IMG/VR virus record: IMGVR_UViG_3300032288_005424
DNA length: 64,000 nucleotides
Reading direction: 5' to 3' (one strand)
Origin: a virus
The notes under the pieces are model-generated. The model searched no databases. It worked only from the letters and a program-made list of their open reading frames with translations, and was not told the origin of the DNA. A program made the translations under genes and the position numbers. Position 1 is the stretch's first letter. Every line of letters begins with the position of its first letter. This document shows positions 9,511 through 18,605 of the stretch, piece after piece.

Positions 9511-9795
9511 TTATTTCAAGAAGGATAGGGTCAGCAGCGAGTTCAATAGGGTTCTGTCCGCATCGCTTGCGATCGAGTACTTAGAGTCAACCGAACACGC
9601 AACTCCCATGTCGAATGGGCCGCCTTTGGTAATGGACTTGCTGTACTCCTTGAATTGGGCCTTTGCTGCATCGCTTAAGTAGCCCCAATTTTTACAGGCC
9701 TTTTTTAAGAGCTCAGCATCCGCTGGATTTGGAGCAGCCACTGCATCAGCTTCGTGCAGTTCTTTCCATTCATTAAATTTGCCGATAGTTGTCAT
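9511..9795 (-). CDS. hypothetical protein (CTS-like variant N-terminus)
   Basis: MTTIGKFNEWKELHEA. Confidence 0.45.
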   Translation of the reverse strand: MTTIGKFNEWKELHEADAVAAPNPADAELLKKACKNWGYLSDAAKAQFKEYSKSITKGGPFDMGVACSVDSKYSIASDADRTLLNSLLTLSFLK

Positions 9796-9821
9796 TGTTG
9801 TAAACTATTTTTTGTTATTTA

Positions 9822-10214
9822 TTATATCTGGATTTCCGGATTTGGAGTTTCAAATCGGCGCTTGCGCATGATGGTCTTGAAGACCAGATCCTTTTCTGAA
9901 CCGTCCGGGTCCGCAACGACCTTGATCGGCACGTTGAGCCAGGTGGCCAGCTGCTTTAGCACTGCTTCGCTTTCGTCGGGCAGTTTCGCCAGTTTATGAC
10001 CGGCCTTGTCGAATGCTTTGAGTAGCAGGGTCTCAAGCTCATCATAGCTTACCTGGGCCCCATTACGGGCATCATTGACCCGGTCCTTGAAGTGAGAGGT
10101 GAAGACGACATCAAGTCCAATCTCATTGAAGTGATCGTCGGCGAATCGCTCAAGGTCCCTAAAGTCCTGAGCATCAAGCTCCTCATTGAGCCATTGGGTA
10201 AATGTCTTTATCAT
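9822..10214 (-). CDS. hypothetical protein with CTS-like N-terminus (GC-richer)
   Basis: MIKTFTQWLNEE; GC content well above the genome average. Confidence 0.5.
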   Translation of the reverse strand: MIKTFTQWLNEELDAQDFRDLERFADDHFNEIGLDVVFTSHFKDRVNDARNGAQVSYDELETLLLKAFDKAGHKLAKLPDESEAVLKQLATWLNVPIKVVADPDGSEKDLVFKTIMRKRRFETPNPEIQI

Positions 10215-10226
10215 AGAGGTTATCTT

Positions 10227-10565
10227 TTAAACCATGCCCCATGCAGCAACCATCTCAACCGTTGCATGGATGTTGGGCTCTTCACCATGAGAGTATTCCA
10301 TCAGTTGCTCGGCAGCGGCCTGCATCTCGTCCGAGTCATAGAGGTATTTTTGGTCGAACTCCTCGGACAGGGCTCTGAGACGTTGCTCAAGCTTTGTGAT
10401 CAGGTCCTGGACCTCCGGGTCTTGGCTGAAGTGTTCGCTGATCGCATCGAGGATCTCGTCACGGTCGGTCAGTTCAACCTGGTCGGTAAAGCCCATTGAG
10501 GCAAGTTCATCACTTTCCTCGGATTCCTTAATGTACTGGCCAATGCCCTTCACTAGTTGTTTCAT
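10227..10565 (-). CDS. acidic protein; higher-GC paralog of ORF 28764..29096
   Basis: MKQLVKGIGQYIKESEE; ELASMGFTDQVEL / DPEVQDLITKLEQRLRALSEEF align with ELRSMGFSDYSAP / DPEVNAAIDTLKSRFRELFAKH of the AT-rich paralog. Confidence 0.5.
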   Translation of the reverse strand: MKQLVKGIGQYIKESEESDELASMGFTDQVELTDRDEILDAISEHFSQDPEVQDLITKLEQRLRALSEEFDQKYLYDSDEMQAAAEQLMEYSHGEEPNIHATVEMVAAWGMV

Positions 10566-10658
10566 TTGTTATCGTGGTTATTTCAGGGTTTATTTATCAT
10601 CGCGCGCCCGGCCCCGCCTAGGGGGTTTTGTAGGCGGTGCAGGCACGCCCGTTTTTTG

Positions 10659-10672
10659 GGTACATTAAACTT
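10659..10672 (+). promoter_or_regulatory. class-2 -10-like box (TGgTACATT) ending 6 nt before the ATG
   Basis: TTTTTTGGGTACATTAAACTT then ATG; the same architecture recurs at 13709 and 29146. Confidence 0.4.
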
Positions 10673-10846
10673 ATGAAAGGACAGTTTATAATTATAGACC
10701 TCAGAACCATGGACTTCATGAAGAACGAGGAGGGCCGCATGAACTTCTATGATACGCTAGACGATGCTCTGCTTGTATGTGGAATGTATGAATTTGAAAA
10801 TGCATGGGTTGTCCAACTCGTCCATAACCATCAAGAAAGAGATTAG
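10673..10846 (+). CDS. small hypothetical protein
   Basis: 58-aa ORF starting at MKGQFIIIDL, directly after the TACATTAAAC box. Confidence 0.4.
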   Translation: MKGQFIIIDLRTMDFMKNEEGRMNFYDTLDDALLVCGMYEFENAWVVQLVHNHQERD

Positions 10847-10863
10847 AGAGATAAACCTAGAAG

Positions 10864-11283
10864 ATGACATTAGCAGAGCTACACGAACTTTGGCGGATGG
10901 GAATCATTGGAGACCAGGAACTCATCCGTATCCAGATAGACCGCATCATGGGCAAGAGCCAACACGCGGGGACCTGGACCGGCCATGGGCTTGAACTTGT
11001 CGGACTCCGAATAACCGATTCAACCGGCTTAGACTCCGGACTCCGGGTTGAAATGGAAGCCAAGGGACCGACCGCAACCCTGAAGGCCGGGGCATTTGGG
11101 CTCAAGAACAATCGGGTCCGGTGCGATTGTGTGGTTCCAACCTGGATGATGGAGAGTCCGGATACCCTAAAGAGCCTGCTTGAAAACCGGCTCATTGTTC
11201 TTTTTGGGCACTTTACCTCCGGGGGAGAATCTGGCCCCGGTAGAGGGACCGGCAAATACGACCCAATTACTGGCTACGTGTAG
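10864..11283 (+). CDS. hypothetical protein (GC-rich island)
   Basis: 139-aa ORF at ~60% GC; its 3' end overlaps the first copy of a ~40-bp direct repeat. Confidence 0.4.
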   Translation: MTLAELHELWRMGIIGDQELIRIQIDRIMGKSQHAGTWTGHGLELVGLRITDSTGLDSGLRVEMEAKGPTATLKAGAFGLKNNRVRCDCVVPTWMMESPDTLKSLLENRLIVLFGHFTSGGESGPGRGTGKYDPITGYV

Positions 11284-11808
11284 CCCAAGCCCGGGGGAGA
11301 ATCTCTAACCGGTAGAGAGCCGGCCCAAAATTTCAATTTTTAGGTCAATTGCGGAGACCGGGAAACCCTAGGACCCGTAGATACCGAAATTGGTCCGGGA
11401 AGCCTCCTCCTGGCCATGGGGATTTCGGAAAAAAGTAAAGTGCTGCGGCCGTCCTCCTGGAGTACTTTTATTACCTCGGCAAGGTCACTCCCGGGGCACC
11501 GCCAGGCAGCCTGGGGGCCACTACCGGGGTCACCTGGGGGCTACTACCGGAGTCAGCCAGGCACTGCCCTGGGGCTGCTCCTGGGGTCACTGCCCGGGTC
11601 ACAGTTCCCGGTTACCCAGACCGGTCCGGGGCAAGGTCCGCCGGGCCGAAACTTGCAAGCAGCCGGGCAGGCGGAACCTCGCGAGACCCGGCAGGTCTGT
11701 ACAGACCTGTCAGCAGACCTGTCAGACGTTGCGGTTGGCTGAACAGACGTTGCGGTTTGCGGGGTCAGATACCGCGGTCTAGCTCGGTCTCGAGAACCTG
11801 GAACCAGG
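11284..11808. repeat. GC-rich non-coding region with tandem imperfect direct repeats
   Basis: Direct repeat CCGGGGGAGAATCT..CCGGTAGAG.GCCGGC at 11221 and 11291; CTACCGGGGTCACCTGGGGG / CTACCGGAGTCAGCCAGG / CTCCTGGGGTCACTGCCCGGGTCAC; CAGACCTGTCAG x2; CAGACGTTGCGGTT x2. Confidence 0.5.
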
Positions 11809-12156
11809 TTGGAGTATAAGAAGTTATTACTTAAATCCAGAAAAAAGATGTTATTGGAAAGTTTAGTTGCAGAATTCTTCAGGATTCTCGAGCGGTCTGG
11901 TCGGGACTGGCACCGGATCCGTTGGGCAATCCGCGGGCTGGAATCCGAAATCCGGCGTAGTGCTCACGGCCAACCCTGGTCCGAGGAGCTTGAAGAATAC
12001 CTTATCTTCCGGATTGGGGAGGCGCTGACCATTGCCCAAAGGGCGGCTGTTGCAAGGGAGGAGTTTGAATGGGCGCATGAAATTGCGATCAGGCTCCGGG
12101 AACTTGGCCACGATTTAGAAAAAACCTTAATAGACAACAATGCAGAAACAGATTGA
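11809..12156 (+). CDS. hypothetical protein
   Basis: 115-aa ORF with intermediate GC. Confidence 0.4.
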   Translation: MEYKKLLLKSRKKMLLESLVAEFFRILERSGRDWHRIRWAIRGLESEIRRSAHGQPWSEELEEYLIFRIGEALTIAQRAAVAREEFEWAHEIAIRLRELGHDLEKTLIDNNAETD

Positions 12157-12157
12157 C

Positions 12158-12319
12158 ATGATAGACCTCATTCTCGAGCGGGCGCTGGACCGCCATGGTC
12201 TAATAGACTGGACTTGGATAGACCACGAACTCGCAAAGAAGGGAGCAACGGTTGAGAGACGGGTCTTACACAAGCGGGTCAAGGCTCTGCTCGCGACCAG
12301 GGCCAAACGGCGTTGGTAG
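12158..12319 (+). CDS. small basic hypothetical protein
   Basis: 53-aa ORF (MIDLILERALDRHGL...) whose ATG overlaps the upstream stop (TGACATG). Confidence 0.3.
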   Translation: MIDLILERALDRHGLIDWTWIDHELAKKGATVERRVLHKRVKALLATRAKRRW

Positions 12320-12360
12320 AATATAATAACCTATCTCTAAAAAAATAAAAGAAAAAGAAT

Positions 12361-12585
12361 ATGCAAAAACTAACAACCCTACTCGCGGCCCTGCTTCTTG
12401 CGGCTGGCCTTGCCTTTCTTGCCTCGGTAATAATTGCCTTTCCGGTCAAGTGGCTCTGGAACTGGTTGATTCCGGAAATTTTTACCGGCGTCAAACCGAT
12501 CTCGGCTCTACAGGCCTGGGGTCTCGTGTTCCTGCTTAACCTCATGATTCCGAACCGTAATCGGACCGAGAAGAAATCGGATTAA
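12361..12585 (+). CDS. small two-TM membrane protein
   Basis: TATAAT box at 12322-12327; two hydrophobic helices. Confidence 0.5.
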   Translation: MQKLTTLLAALLLAAGLAFLASVIIAFPVKWLWNWLIPEIFTGVKPISALQAWGLVFLLNLMIPNRNRTEKKSD

Positions 12586-12669
12586 CCCTAAAAAATTTAG
12601 GAAAAAAGACCCGGGATTTTTATTTCTCGGGTTTTTTTGTTATATTTGTATCATAAATCCAGTAAAGAT

Positions 12670-12831
12670 ATGTACACGTTAGATTGCAACTATTACCAAA
12701 AGGAATTCCGCACGGTCGCCGAACTCTTAACCGACGTTCTCGAGAGCGGTACCGATCCGAACTACGAAATTCTGCGCAACGGCCAACCGACCGGCGAAAC
12801 CGCATGGGACCTCATCGGCCCCGTTGCCTAG
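12670..12831 (+). CDS. small hypothetical protein
   Basis: Preceded by a hairpin plus T-run (12608-12640) and a TTATATTTG -7 box; start MYTLDCNYYQ. Confidence 0.4.
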   Translation: MYTLDCNYYQKEFRTVAELLTDVLESGTDPNYEILRNGQPTGETAWDLIGPVA

Positions 12832-12846
12832 CAAATTTTTCCTTAG

Positions 12847-12940
12847 CGATCCCAGCCCAAAAAGGTTGGGATTTTTTTTTTAAAAAAAGTGAAAATAAAT
12901 TTTTTTGTTTGAGAAATTTTGGTTATATTTGCTTTATCAA
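12847..12940 (+). promoter_or_regulatory. terminator-promoter cassette A (host sigma-A type)
   Basis: ATCCCAgcccaaaaaggTTGGGAT hairpin plus T-run, then AAAAAGTGAAAATAAATTTTTTTGTTTGAGAAATTTTGGTTATATTTGCTTTATCA (TTTG then TAnnTTTG). Confidence 0.6.
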
Positions 12941-12953
12941 ACTTCAACAAACC

Positions 12954-13427
12954 ATGCTTAATCACACCACATTTCCAGCCGCTCTCCTTGCCGGCAACTC
13001 CCGTCTCACCATCACCAATCCAGCGACCGGTCAATGGATCAAGGTCAAGATGAAGCGTCGCAAGGACCGCGAAACCGGCAAGCCGGGTAATTGCTACTTC
13101 CTGTCGCTTGCGCTCTTGCAGGACGGGGACCTTGGCCACCGCTACGTCGGAGCCTACTTCGCGGATTCGGGCCGATTCAAGCCGGGTCGCGATGCCTCGG
13201 CCAGAGAAGTTCAGATCGCCGAATTCCTGATCCGTGCCGTTCGTAATCCGCAACTGTTGCAGGCTGCAGAGATCGAGCACTGCGGTAAATGTTTTGCCTG
13301 CGGCCGGACCCTAACCGTGCCGGAAAGTATCCGCTCGGGCTGGGGACCTGAATGTTTTACCCGCCAGTTCGGAGACCTCAGCCTCCGACCGCTTGCCGAG
13401 TTCGGATTACTTGACCCAATCGGGTAA
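12954..13427 (+). CDS. hypothetical protein (GC-rich)
   Basis: 157 aa starting MLNHTTFPAALLAG, 14 nt after the -7 box; CxxC pair (HCGKCFACG). Confidence 0.5.
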   Translation: MLNHTTFPAALLAGNSRLTITNPATGQWIKVKMKRRKDRETGKPGNCYFLSLALLQDGDLGHRYVGAYFADSGRFKPGRDASAREVQIAEFLIRAVRNPQLLQAAEIEHCGKCFACGRTLTVPESIRSGWGPECFTRQFGDLSLRPLAEFGLLDPIG

Positions 13428-13708
13428 TCCGGCCCGGCCGGGGCCGGACTCCCTAGTAAAGAGTACAATAATTTCATTAATTAAAACCATAAAATCATGA
13501 AGAAGTTAATTCAAAGATTCCTATTCGGAACCCCAATCCAGGGCGAGACGGTTGACCTAAGCGTTGGCAAGCCCAGAATTCAGAGCACTTGCGAACCTGC
13601 GGAGAAGGCAAGCTTCAATGAGGTATTCCAAAACGTGCACCGCGAATTACAGGCCGCAGCCGCAGAACGACTTGGGGTCAGGGGATAATCCAATCCCTTC
13701 GAGGATTG

Positions 13709-13722
13709 GGTATATTAAACCT
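13709..13722 (+). promoter_or_regulatory. class-2 -10-like box (GGGTATATTAAAC) ending 6 nt before the ATG
   Basis: Same architecture as 10659 and 29146; preceded by hairpin CCAATCCcttcgaGGATTGG. Confidence 0.4.
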
Positions 13723-13980
13723 ATGAATACGCCCAATCAACCCGAAAAAGAAAAGATACTCTATGACCTAACCGGCTTAGCCGCCAGCCTGGTCGCCGGA
13801 GGAATCTCTAGAAATCAGCCCGATATTCTGCTCATAGGTAAGATCTTAACCGTAAGCATCGGAGCCCTGGACTCAGAAGCCGGCAAGGAGAAATTAGAAG
13901 AATTCCTTGTTCAGATTCACAATGCGAGAGAGGAAGAAGAAGAAGTGAGAAAGATGTTAAAAGACCTGGGTATTGGGTAA
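13723..13980 (+). CDS. hypothetical protein
   Basis: 85-aa ORF beginning MNTPNQPEKEK. Confidence 0.45.
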   Translation: MNTPNQPEKEKILYDLTGLAASLVAGGISRNQPDILLIGKILTVSIGALDSEAGKEKLEEFLVQIHNAREEEEEVRKMLKDLGIG

Positions 13981-14230
13981 GATAACAATAATAAAAGATT
14001 ACAACTGGTGGAGGAAGTAACAAGAGTTACCAACTGACTGGAGTAAAGGATTCTACGGGTAAAAAGTCAGAGCCCGCTTGAGAGAATCGTCGGAGCAACA
14101 CCGAACTCCACCGCAAAATGATAAATTGGTTTGGTTGATTGATTCAGCAATGGGAGACTCGCAAGGTCTCCTTTGTTGGTTATTGAGTATATTAGTAATT
14201 ATCATTAACTCCTAAATAAAAAGAACCCTT

Positions 14231-14383
14231 TATGAATCCATTAATTCAAACATTTAAAGTACTATACAACTACGCCAAAGAAGAACCTCGTGATTTCGTA
14301 TTATCAATCGCCTTCATGATATTAATGATATTCATTGTTTGGGCGAGCCTATGGGGTCATGCAATAATTAGCGGCACCGTTTA
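14231..14383 (+). CDS. small membrane protein
   Basis: 50-aa ORF with one TM helix (LSIAFMILMIFIVWASLW); TATATT box at 14187-14192. Confidence 0.3.
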
Positions 14384-14461
14384 AAATTTAGGACATGAAT
14401 AATAAAGACATAGTAATAGATGACGTCTTGATTGGATAGACATTAAATCAATAGATATACC

Positions 14462-14707
14462 ATGGAAAAAATAAGTTGGGAACCGGTAAAGGACAGACAC
14501 TGCCACGGCCGTTGCGAGCTAGGCGAGCTATGGATCCGTTTGGACCGTGAGGGTAAAGTAAGCGGAATATACACGATGTTCGGCGAGACCAAGAAATGGT
14601 GTCCGGAATCCGAGGAAGAAGAAACCCTTGTTGGAGCAAAGGTAATCTGCGAATTACTCTTAGCTGGCGAGATCGCGGCCAGAAAAATAGAGAAAATTAT
14701 TCAATAA
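14462..14707 (+). CDS. small hypothetical protein
   Basis: 81-aa ORF. Confidence 0.4.
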   Translation: MEKISWEPVKDRHCHGRCELGELWIRLDREGKVSGIYTMFGETKKWCPESEEEETLVGAKVICELLLAGEIAARKIEKIIQ

Positions 14708-14746
14708 AAATTGTCAGGTGTCAAGTTTCTGTATTATATTTACAAT

Positions 14747-14887
14747 ATGGAAAATAACAAAGACCTAAAACCAGAACCCAAACAGGAAAAGCCAGAACCT
14801 TGCAAGCACGAACGCTATTACATTGCGGTCCGCCACGTGAGCGGACTTGTTGTAAGAAGGTGTTCAATTTGCGGAGTGAGAGTTTAA
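14747..14887 (+). CDS. small zinc-ribbon-like protein
   Basis: 46-aa ORF (CKHERYY...CSICG) preceded by GTGTCAAGTTTCTGTATTATATTTACAAT promoter; shorter than the ORF-track cutoff. Confidence 0.35.
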   Translation: MENNKDLKPEPKQEKPEPCKHERYYIAVRHVSGLVVRRCSICGVRV

Positions 14888-14908
14888 TTAAGACATTATC
14901 CAAAGAGA

Positions 14909-15020
14909 GCCCGGCCAATGGTCGGGCTTTTTGTTAATAACTATGTTAATAACTTTTTTTAAAAAAAGTGAAAATAAATTTTTTGGTTTGAGAAATTTGT
15001 TTTATATTTGCTCTATCAAT
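14909..15020 (+). promoter_or_regulatory. terminator-promoter cassette B
   Basis: AGCCCGgccaatggtCGGGCT plus T-run, then AAAAAAAGTGAAAATAAATTTTTTGGTTTGAGAAATTTGTTTTATATTTGCTCTATCA. Confidence 0.6.
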
Positions 15021-15049
15021 TATCAATTAACCCTTAAAAAACCAAACTT

Positions 15050-15427
15050 ATGCAAATCCAATTAACCCACCAAGAATCAGAACAGATGTTCCACAACGCT
15101 CTTTGCAACGGCTTAGGCTACATGAGCGGCTACGGTCTAGAATTCGAGTACAGCGACGAGCAGTACAGCGCAGCAAAGACAAAACTTCAGAGCCCATGCT
15201 TCGAGGACGTGCTCATGCAAATCCTACGCGACGGCGGTAGTCTAACTTTCGTAGACGTTGAATGCGACGGCGAATACACTCGCTCGGTCTCGTTAGCTGA
15301 TGTCCACGACAGAGTTCAAAAAACTCCAGCTCGCTTCTTGTTAGACATGATCAATGAGAACGACGATGCTGAGACAGCGGATGTAATTCTACAGACGGTG
15401 TTCTTCGAAGAGATCATCTTCGGATAA
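15050..15427 (+). CDS. hypothetical acidic protein
   Basis: 125-aa ORF followed by a long GC-rich hairpin containing ACTCCCTAGT. Confidence 0.5.
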   Translation: MQIQLTHQESEQMFHNALCNGLGYMSGYGLEFEYSDEQYSAAKTKLQSPCFEDVLMQILRDGGSLTFVDVECDGEYTRSVSLADVHDRVQKTPARFLLDMINENDDAETADVILQTVFFEEIIFG

Positions 15428-15562
15428 TCCACGGCCAGCCGGCCGGGCCAGTAGGCCACTCCCTAGTACGGGTGGTCCGCTGGCCCGGACCTTTAGAGCC
15501 AAAACGGGGTCGGACTCCCTAGTAAAGAATTTAAAATCAATAACCAATTAAATCAAAAGATC

Positions 15563-15769
15563 ATGCAACAAGAAATAATTAAAACCTTAACTGAATTAAA
15601 AAGAAACAAGAAGTACATCGCGCTCTCGCTCCACCCAGCAATCGGTAACTCAACGATTTCCAAGGAGGATAACAGACTCTTCATCAACGAAGGTCGAGGC
15701 GGTAAGTGGGAAGGAGTATCGGAAAGTTTCTACGACGAGATGGTCGCTAAGTTCGATTCACGTAGCTAG
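15563..15769 (+). CDS. small hypothetical protein
   Basis: 68-aa ORF. Confidence 0.4.
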   Translation: MQQEIIKTLTELKRNKKYIALSLHPAIGNSTISKEDNRLFINEGRGGKWEGVSESFYDEMVAKFDSRS

Positions 15770-15780
15770 AAAATATTTTT

Positions 15781-15835
15781 CACAAAAGTGAAAATAAATT
15801 TTTTTGTTTAAGAAAAAAGTGTTATATTTACAATC
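15781..15835 (+). promoter_or_regulatory. promoter C (sigma-A type) for the sigma-factor gene
   Basis: CACAAAAGTGAAAATAAATTTTTTTGTTTAAGAAAAAAGTGTTATATTTACAATC. Confidence 0.55.
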
Positions 15836-15867
15836 TCAATTATTAATCAATCAAAAACCCAACAATT

Positions 15868-16587
15868 ATGTCAAAAAGATTTGAAACAGCGGATGGCCTA
15901 CCGCAATACTTCAAGAGTATTGAATCAGTTGCCAAACCACTAAGCAAGACGGAGGAGCTTGCGCTAGCGGATAGAATCCAAGCGGGAGACGAGCGCGCGC
16001 TCAATGCTCTGGTAACCGCGAATCTAAAGTTCGTCGTAACCCTTGCGAATAAGTTTATCGGTATGGGATTACCGATCGATGACTTGATTCAAGAAGGAAA
16101 CGCTGGTCTAATTGAAGCGGCTCGTAAGTTTACATCAGATAAGGATGTTAAGTTTATTACCTATGCCCAGTTCTGGATTCGCAAGCGCTTGAATCTTGCT
16201 CTTTGCGATTACGGCAGAATCGTTAGGCTTCCGGTAAATCAAGAGTACGACATTTACAAGCGCAAGATGAAGGGAGAAGAAATCAATCTCTCAACCGTAC
16301 AGATCGATAAGCCTGTTGGCGAGGACGGTGACAATACAATCGGCGATATAATGCTTCGTACAGACTTTGCCGATCCGTTCGAGAAGGAAGAAACCAATCG
16401 TGTCTTGACCAGATTACTTTCAAAGTTAAGACCGACCGAAAGGGAGATTGTTGAATTGTTTTACGGTCTCGTGGGAGATGGCCTTTCTACGAAAGAAATC
16501 GCAGAGCAAGTTGGAAAGACCCCAGCTGAAGTTAACCGCGCGTTGAAGGTCGCACGTGCACAAATGAGAAAGGAGGTAAGCAAATGA
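15868..16587 (+). CDS. sigma-70 family RNA polymerase sigma factor (regions 2, 3, 4)
   Basis: Region 2 (NLKFVVTLANKF...DDLIQEGNAGLIEAARKFTSDKDVKFITYAQFWIRKRL) and region 4 (TEREIVELFYGL...LSTKEIAEQVGKTPAEVNRALKVARAQMRK). Confidence 0.7.
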   Translation: MSKRFETADGLPQYFKSIESVAKPLSKTEELALADRIQAGDERALNALVTANLKFVVTLANKFIGMGLPIDDLIQEGNAGLIEAARKFTSDKDVKFITYAQFWIRKRLNLALCDYGRIVRLPVNQEYDIYKRKMKGEEINLSTVQIDKPVGEDGDNTIGDIMLRTDFADPFEKEETNRVLTRLLSKLRPTEREIVELFYGLVGDGLSTKEIAEQVGKTPAEVNRALKVARAQMRKEVSK

Positions 16588-16799
16588 ATACGATAGAACA
16601 CGCAAACACGATGGCTGCCATGGCAGTCGATATCCTCTACTCTGAGGGTGATCCATTCAAGGAGCCAATAGATAAATCAAGACTCCAGTGGGAGATTCGT
16701 CAGGCCACCCTGAAGAAACTTGTGACTGAAGATTCAGACCTATTGGACGAAGACGAATTCCAAGCCTGCGTTAATAACTCTAAAATTCAAAAGGCATGA
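16584..16799 (+). CDS. small hypothetical protein
   Basis: 71-aa ORF whose start overlaps the sigma-gene stop (ATGA). Confidence 0.4.
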   Translation: MNTIEHANTMAAMAVDILYSEGDPFKEPIDKSRLQWEIRQATLKKLVTEDSDLLDEDEFQACVNNSKIQKA

Positions 16800-17092
16800 G
16801 CGTAGTAAGAATAATAAACGATACGGTCCACCTGTTCGAGAATTCGGGTAACCTGATAAGAACCATAACAAGCGGCGCGGTCTCAGCACAGATCTCTCCT
16901 GACGAGAGTCGTATTGTGCTAGTCACGGAGTCAGGGACCGCCCAGCTTTGGGACGTAAGAGGTAATTACCTACAGGATATTACGAGCGGAGCGGTCGATG
17001 CCCGATTCTCAGGAGACCTAATCATCGTTACCAAAGAGTACGGGCCGGATGAAGTTAGGGATGGGCGAGGAAATCTGCTCAGAACAATTTAA
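16796..17092 (+). CDS. repeat-containing small protein
   Basis: Internal repeats GNLIRTITSGAVSAQ / GNYLQDITSGAVDAR / GNLLRTI. Confidence 0.4.
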   Translation: MSVVRIINDTVHLFENSGNLIRTITSGAVSAQISPDESRIVLVTESGTAQLWDVRGNYLQDITSGAVDARFSGDLIIVTKEYGPDEVRDGRGNLLRTI

Positions 17093-17094
17093 CC

Positions 17095-17145
17095 GGTCTA
17101 AAAATAAATTTTTCCGTTTAAGAAAAAAGTATTATATTTACAATC
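17095..17145 (+). promoter_or_regulatory. promoter D (sigma-A type)
   Basis: AAAAATAAATTTTTCCGTTTAAGAAAAAAGTATTATATTTACAATC. Confidence 0.55.
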
Positions 17146-17167
17146 TCAACCCTAAAAATTTAAAATC

Positions 17168-17425
17168 ATGCGCTACAAATTAGGAAACAAATGGTCAGAC
17201 AACTTTGATTACGATGGAATGCTCGAGACCGGAGCACAGGTTACGGAAGAAACCCCGCTTGCAGACCTGCAGAAATTGTTTGACTCTTTCGAAGATGTCA
17301 ATTACCACACGGAATCCGAGCCGCTATGGGAAGCCATACAGGGCAAGAAGGCCGGGCAAGAAGAATACTTCAAGAAGAATCTAGCAGAGTTCAAGGCTCG
17401 CTGCTCAGCCTGCCTAGCAGAGTAA
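17168..17425 (+). CDS. small hypothetical protein
   Basis: 85-aa ORF. Confidence 0.45.
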   Translation: MRYKLGNKWSDNFDYDGMLETGAQVTEETPLADLQKLFDSFEDVNYHTESEPLWEAIQGKKAGQEEYFKKNLAEFKARCSACLAE

Positions 17426-17450
17426 AAGAATCTATCAAGAAAAAACAAAA

Positions 17451-17482
17451 GGGACCGAGGGTTAATCTTTCGGTCCCTTTTT
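17451..17482 (+). terminator. rho-independent terminator
   Basis: GGGACCGAgggttaatctTTCGGTCCC plus T-run, followed by a double TATAAT box (17485-17495). Confidence 0.6.
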
Positions 17483-17529
17483 AGTATAATATAATAGAGC
17501 CTAATTGGGTAAAAATAAATAATCAAACC

Positions 17530-17793
17530 ATGTCAGACCTAAATAAGTATTCCAAAATCCTGCTAGACCTCGTCTATCTTAGACAGACGGACTACGACGC
17601 TTTCATGAATCGCCTGTACGAAGCCTTGACCGGCGAGTTCAAGGATGTAATCAATGATTCAACCCCGGTCGAGGAGAAGTCTCAAGCAATATGGACCATG
17701 ATCAAGCATTTTGAAAAGAACGAAGAATTCGAGAAGTGCGCCGACCTGAAGAAATTAGCGGATCAATTACCTAAATCAAAAGATCATGTGTAA
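17530..17793 (+). CDS. small hypothetical protein (EEFEKCADL motif)
   Basis: 87-aa ORF sharing a motif with 2466..2663. Confidence 0.45.
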   Translation: MSDLNKYSKILLDLVYLRQTDYDAFMNRLYEALTGEFKDVINDSTPVEEKSQAIWTMIKHFEKNEEFEKCADLKKLADQLPKSKDHV

Positions 17794-17864
17794 GGTAATC
17801 CTAATAGTCGCAGCTTTCGTGTTGATTGAAGAATGGATCGTTCGCAAGAAAGCCTAAAACTTTT

Positions 17865-17925
17865 TTTGAAAAAAGTTTAAAATAAATTTTTTGGTTTCGC
17901 GGATTTTTGTTATATTTGCTCTATC
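17865..17925 (+). promoter_or_regulatory. promoter E (sigma-A type)
   Basis: TTTTTTTGAAAAAAGTTTAAAATAAATTTTTTGGTTTCGCGGATTTTTGTTATATTTGCTCTATCA. Confidence 0.55.
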
Positions 17926-17949
17926 ATTAACCAACTAAAATTTTAAATC

Positions 17950-18336
17950 ATGCAGAAATTAATTCTAGTCCGCTTCGGAAATCAACCGAACCCAATCGTC
18001 TCAATGGCTTTAAAACCCCATCTCGTTGGCAACGCGTTCGCCGGTCCAATCCCGGGCGCGATCATGTCGGTCTTTAACACCGAGTCCACGAAAGAGGAGA
18101 TCGCTGAAGACCTCAAAGAAACAGGTGCCTACTTCATGCTAATGCGAGCTGATGAAGCCACAATCAATCTTCCGGAAGAGTTGATGGAAGTAATTGCGCA
18201 AATCGTCGGTGAGGAACCTGGACGCGCGACAGACTCCAGTGAATTGACTATTGATGATATATTGGACCTCATCAACAAGAACGGTATTGAGTCCCTAACG
18301 CCCGAACAGAGACGTATCCTGGATAATCGCCATTAG
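17950..18336 (+). CDS. hypothetical acidic protein
   Basis: 128-aa ORF. Confidence 0.45.
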   Translation: MQKLILVRFGNQPNPIVSMALKPHLVGNAFAGPIPGAIMSVFNTESTKEEIAEDLKETGAYFMLMRADEATINLPEELMEVIAQIVGEEPGRATDSSELTIDDILDLINKNGIESLTPEQRRILDNRH

Positions 18337-18377
18337 GCGATTATCCCACTGTTAAATATAATCTAAACCCCATTTAT

Positions 18378-18593
18378 ATGAAGGAGATTGTAAGACTATA
18401 CTTATACACGGACGGCAAGGAAACTTGTATTAAAGACCCGCAAGAGATGATAAGACTTCTTTCAGACCCGCAGGAAGAAATAGACCTGGATTACCATGAT
18501 GCGAGAGGTTTCGCAAAGGTTGCAACCAGCAAAGACCTGATTGGAGAGACCGTCCAGGTTGGAGAAGTAGAGATTACTATTATTAACCATTAA
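18378..18593 (+). CDS. small protein, tandem paralog 1
   Basis: IRLLSDPQEEIDL...DLIGETVQVGEVEITII. Confidence 0.45.
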   Translation: MKEIVRLYLYTDGKETCIKDPQEMIRLLSDPQEEIDLDYHDARGFAKVATSKDLIGETVQVGEVEITIINH

Positions 18594-18605
18594 TCGAATT
18601 AGACC

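Noticed and set aside
11390-11782. Track ORFs 11390..11782 and 11416..11742 (Pro/Gly/Arg-rich)
   Set aside because: They lie entirely in the GC-rich direct-repeat region and overlap in two frames; their low-complexity translations are typical of reading through GC repeats. There is no start context. Treated as non-coding repeats.
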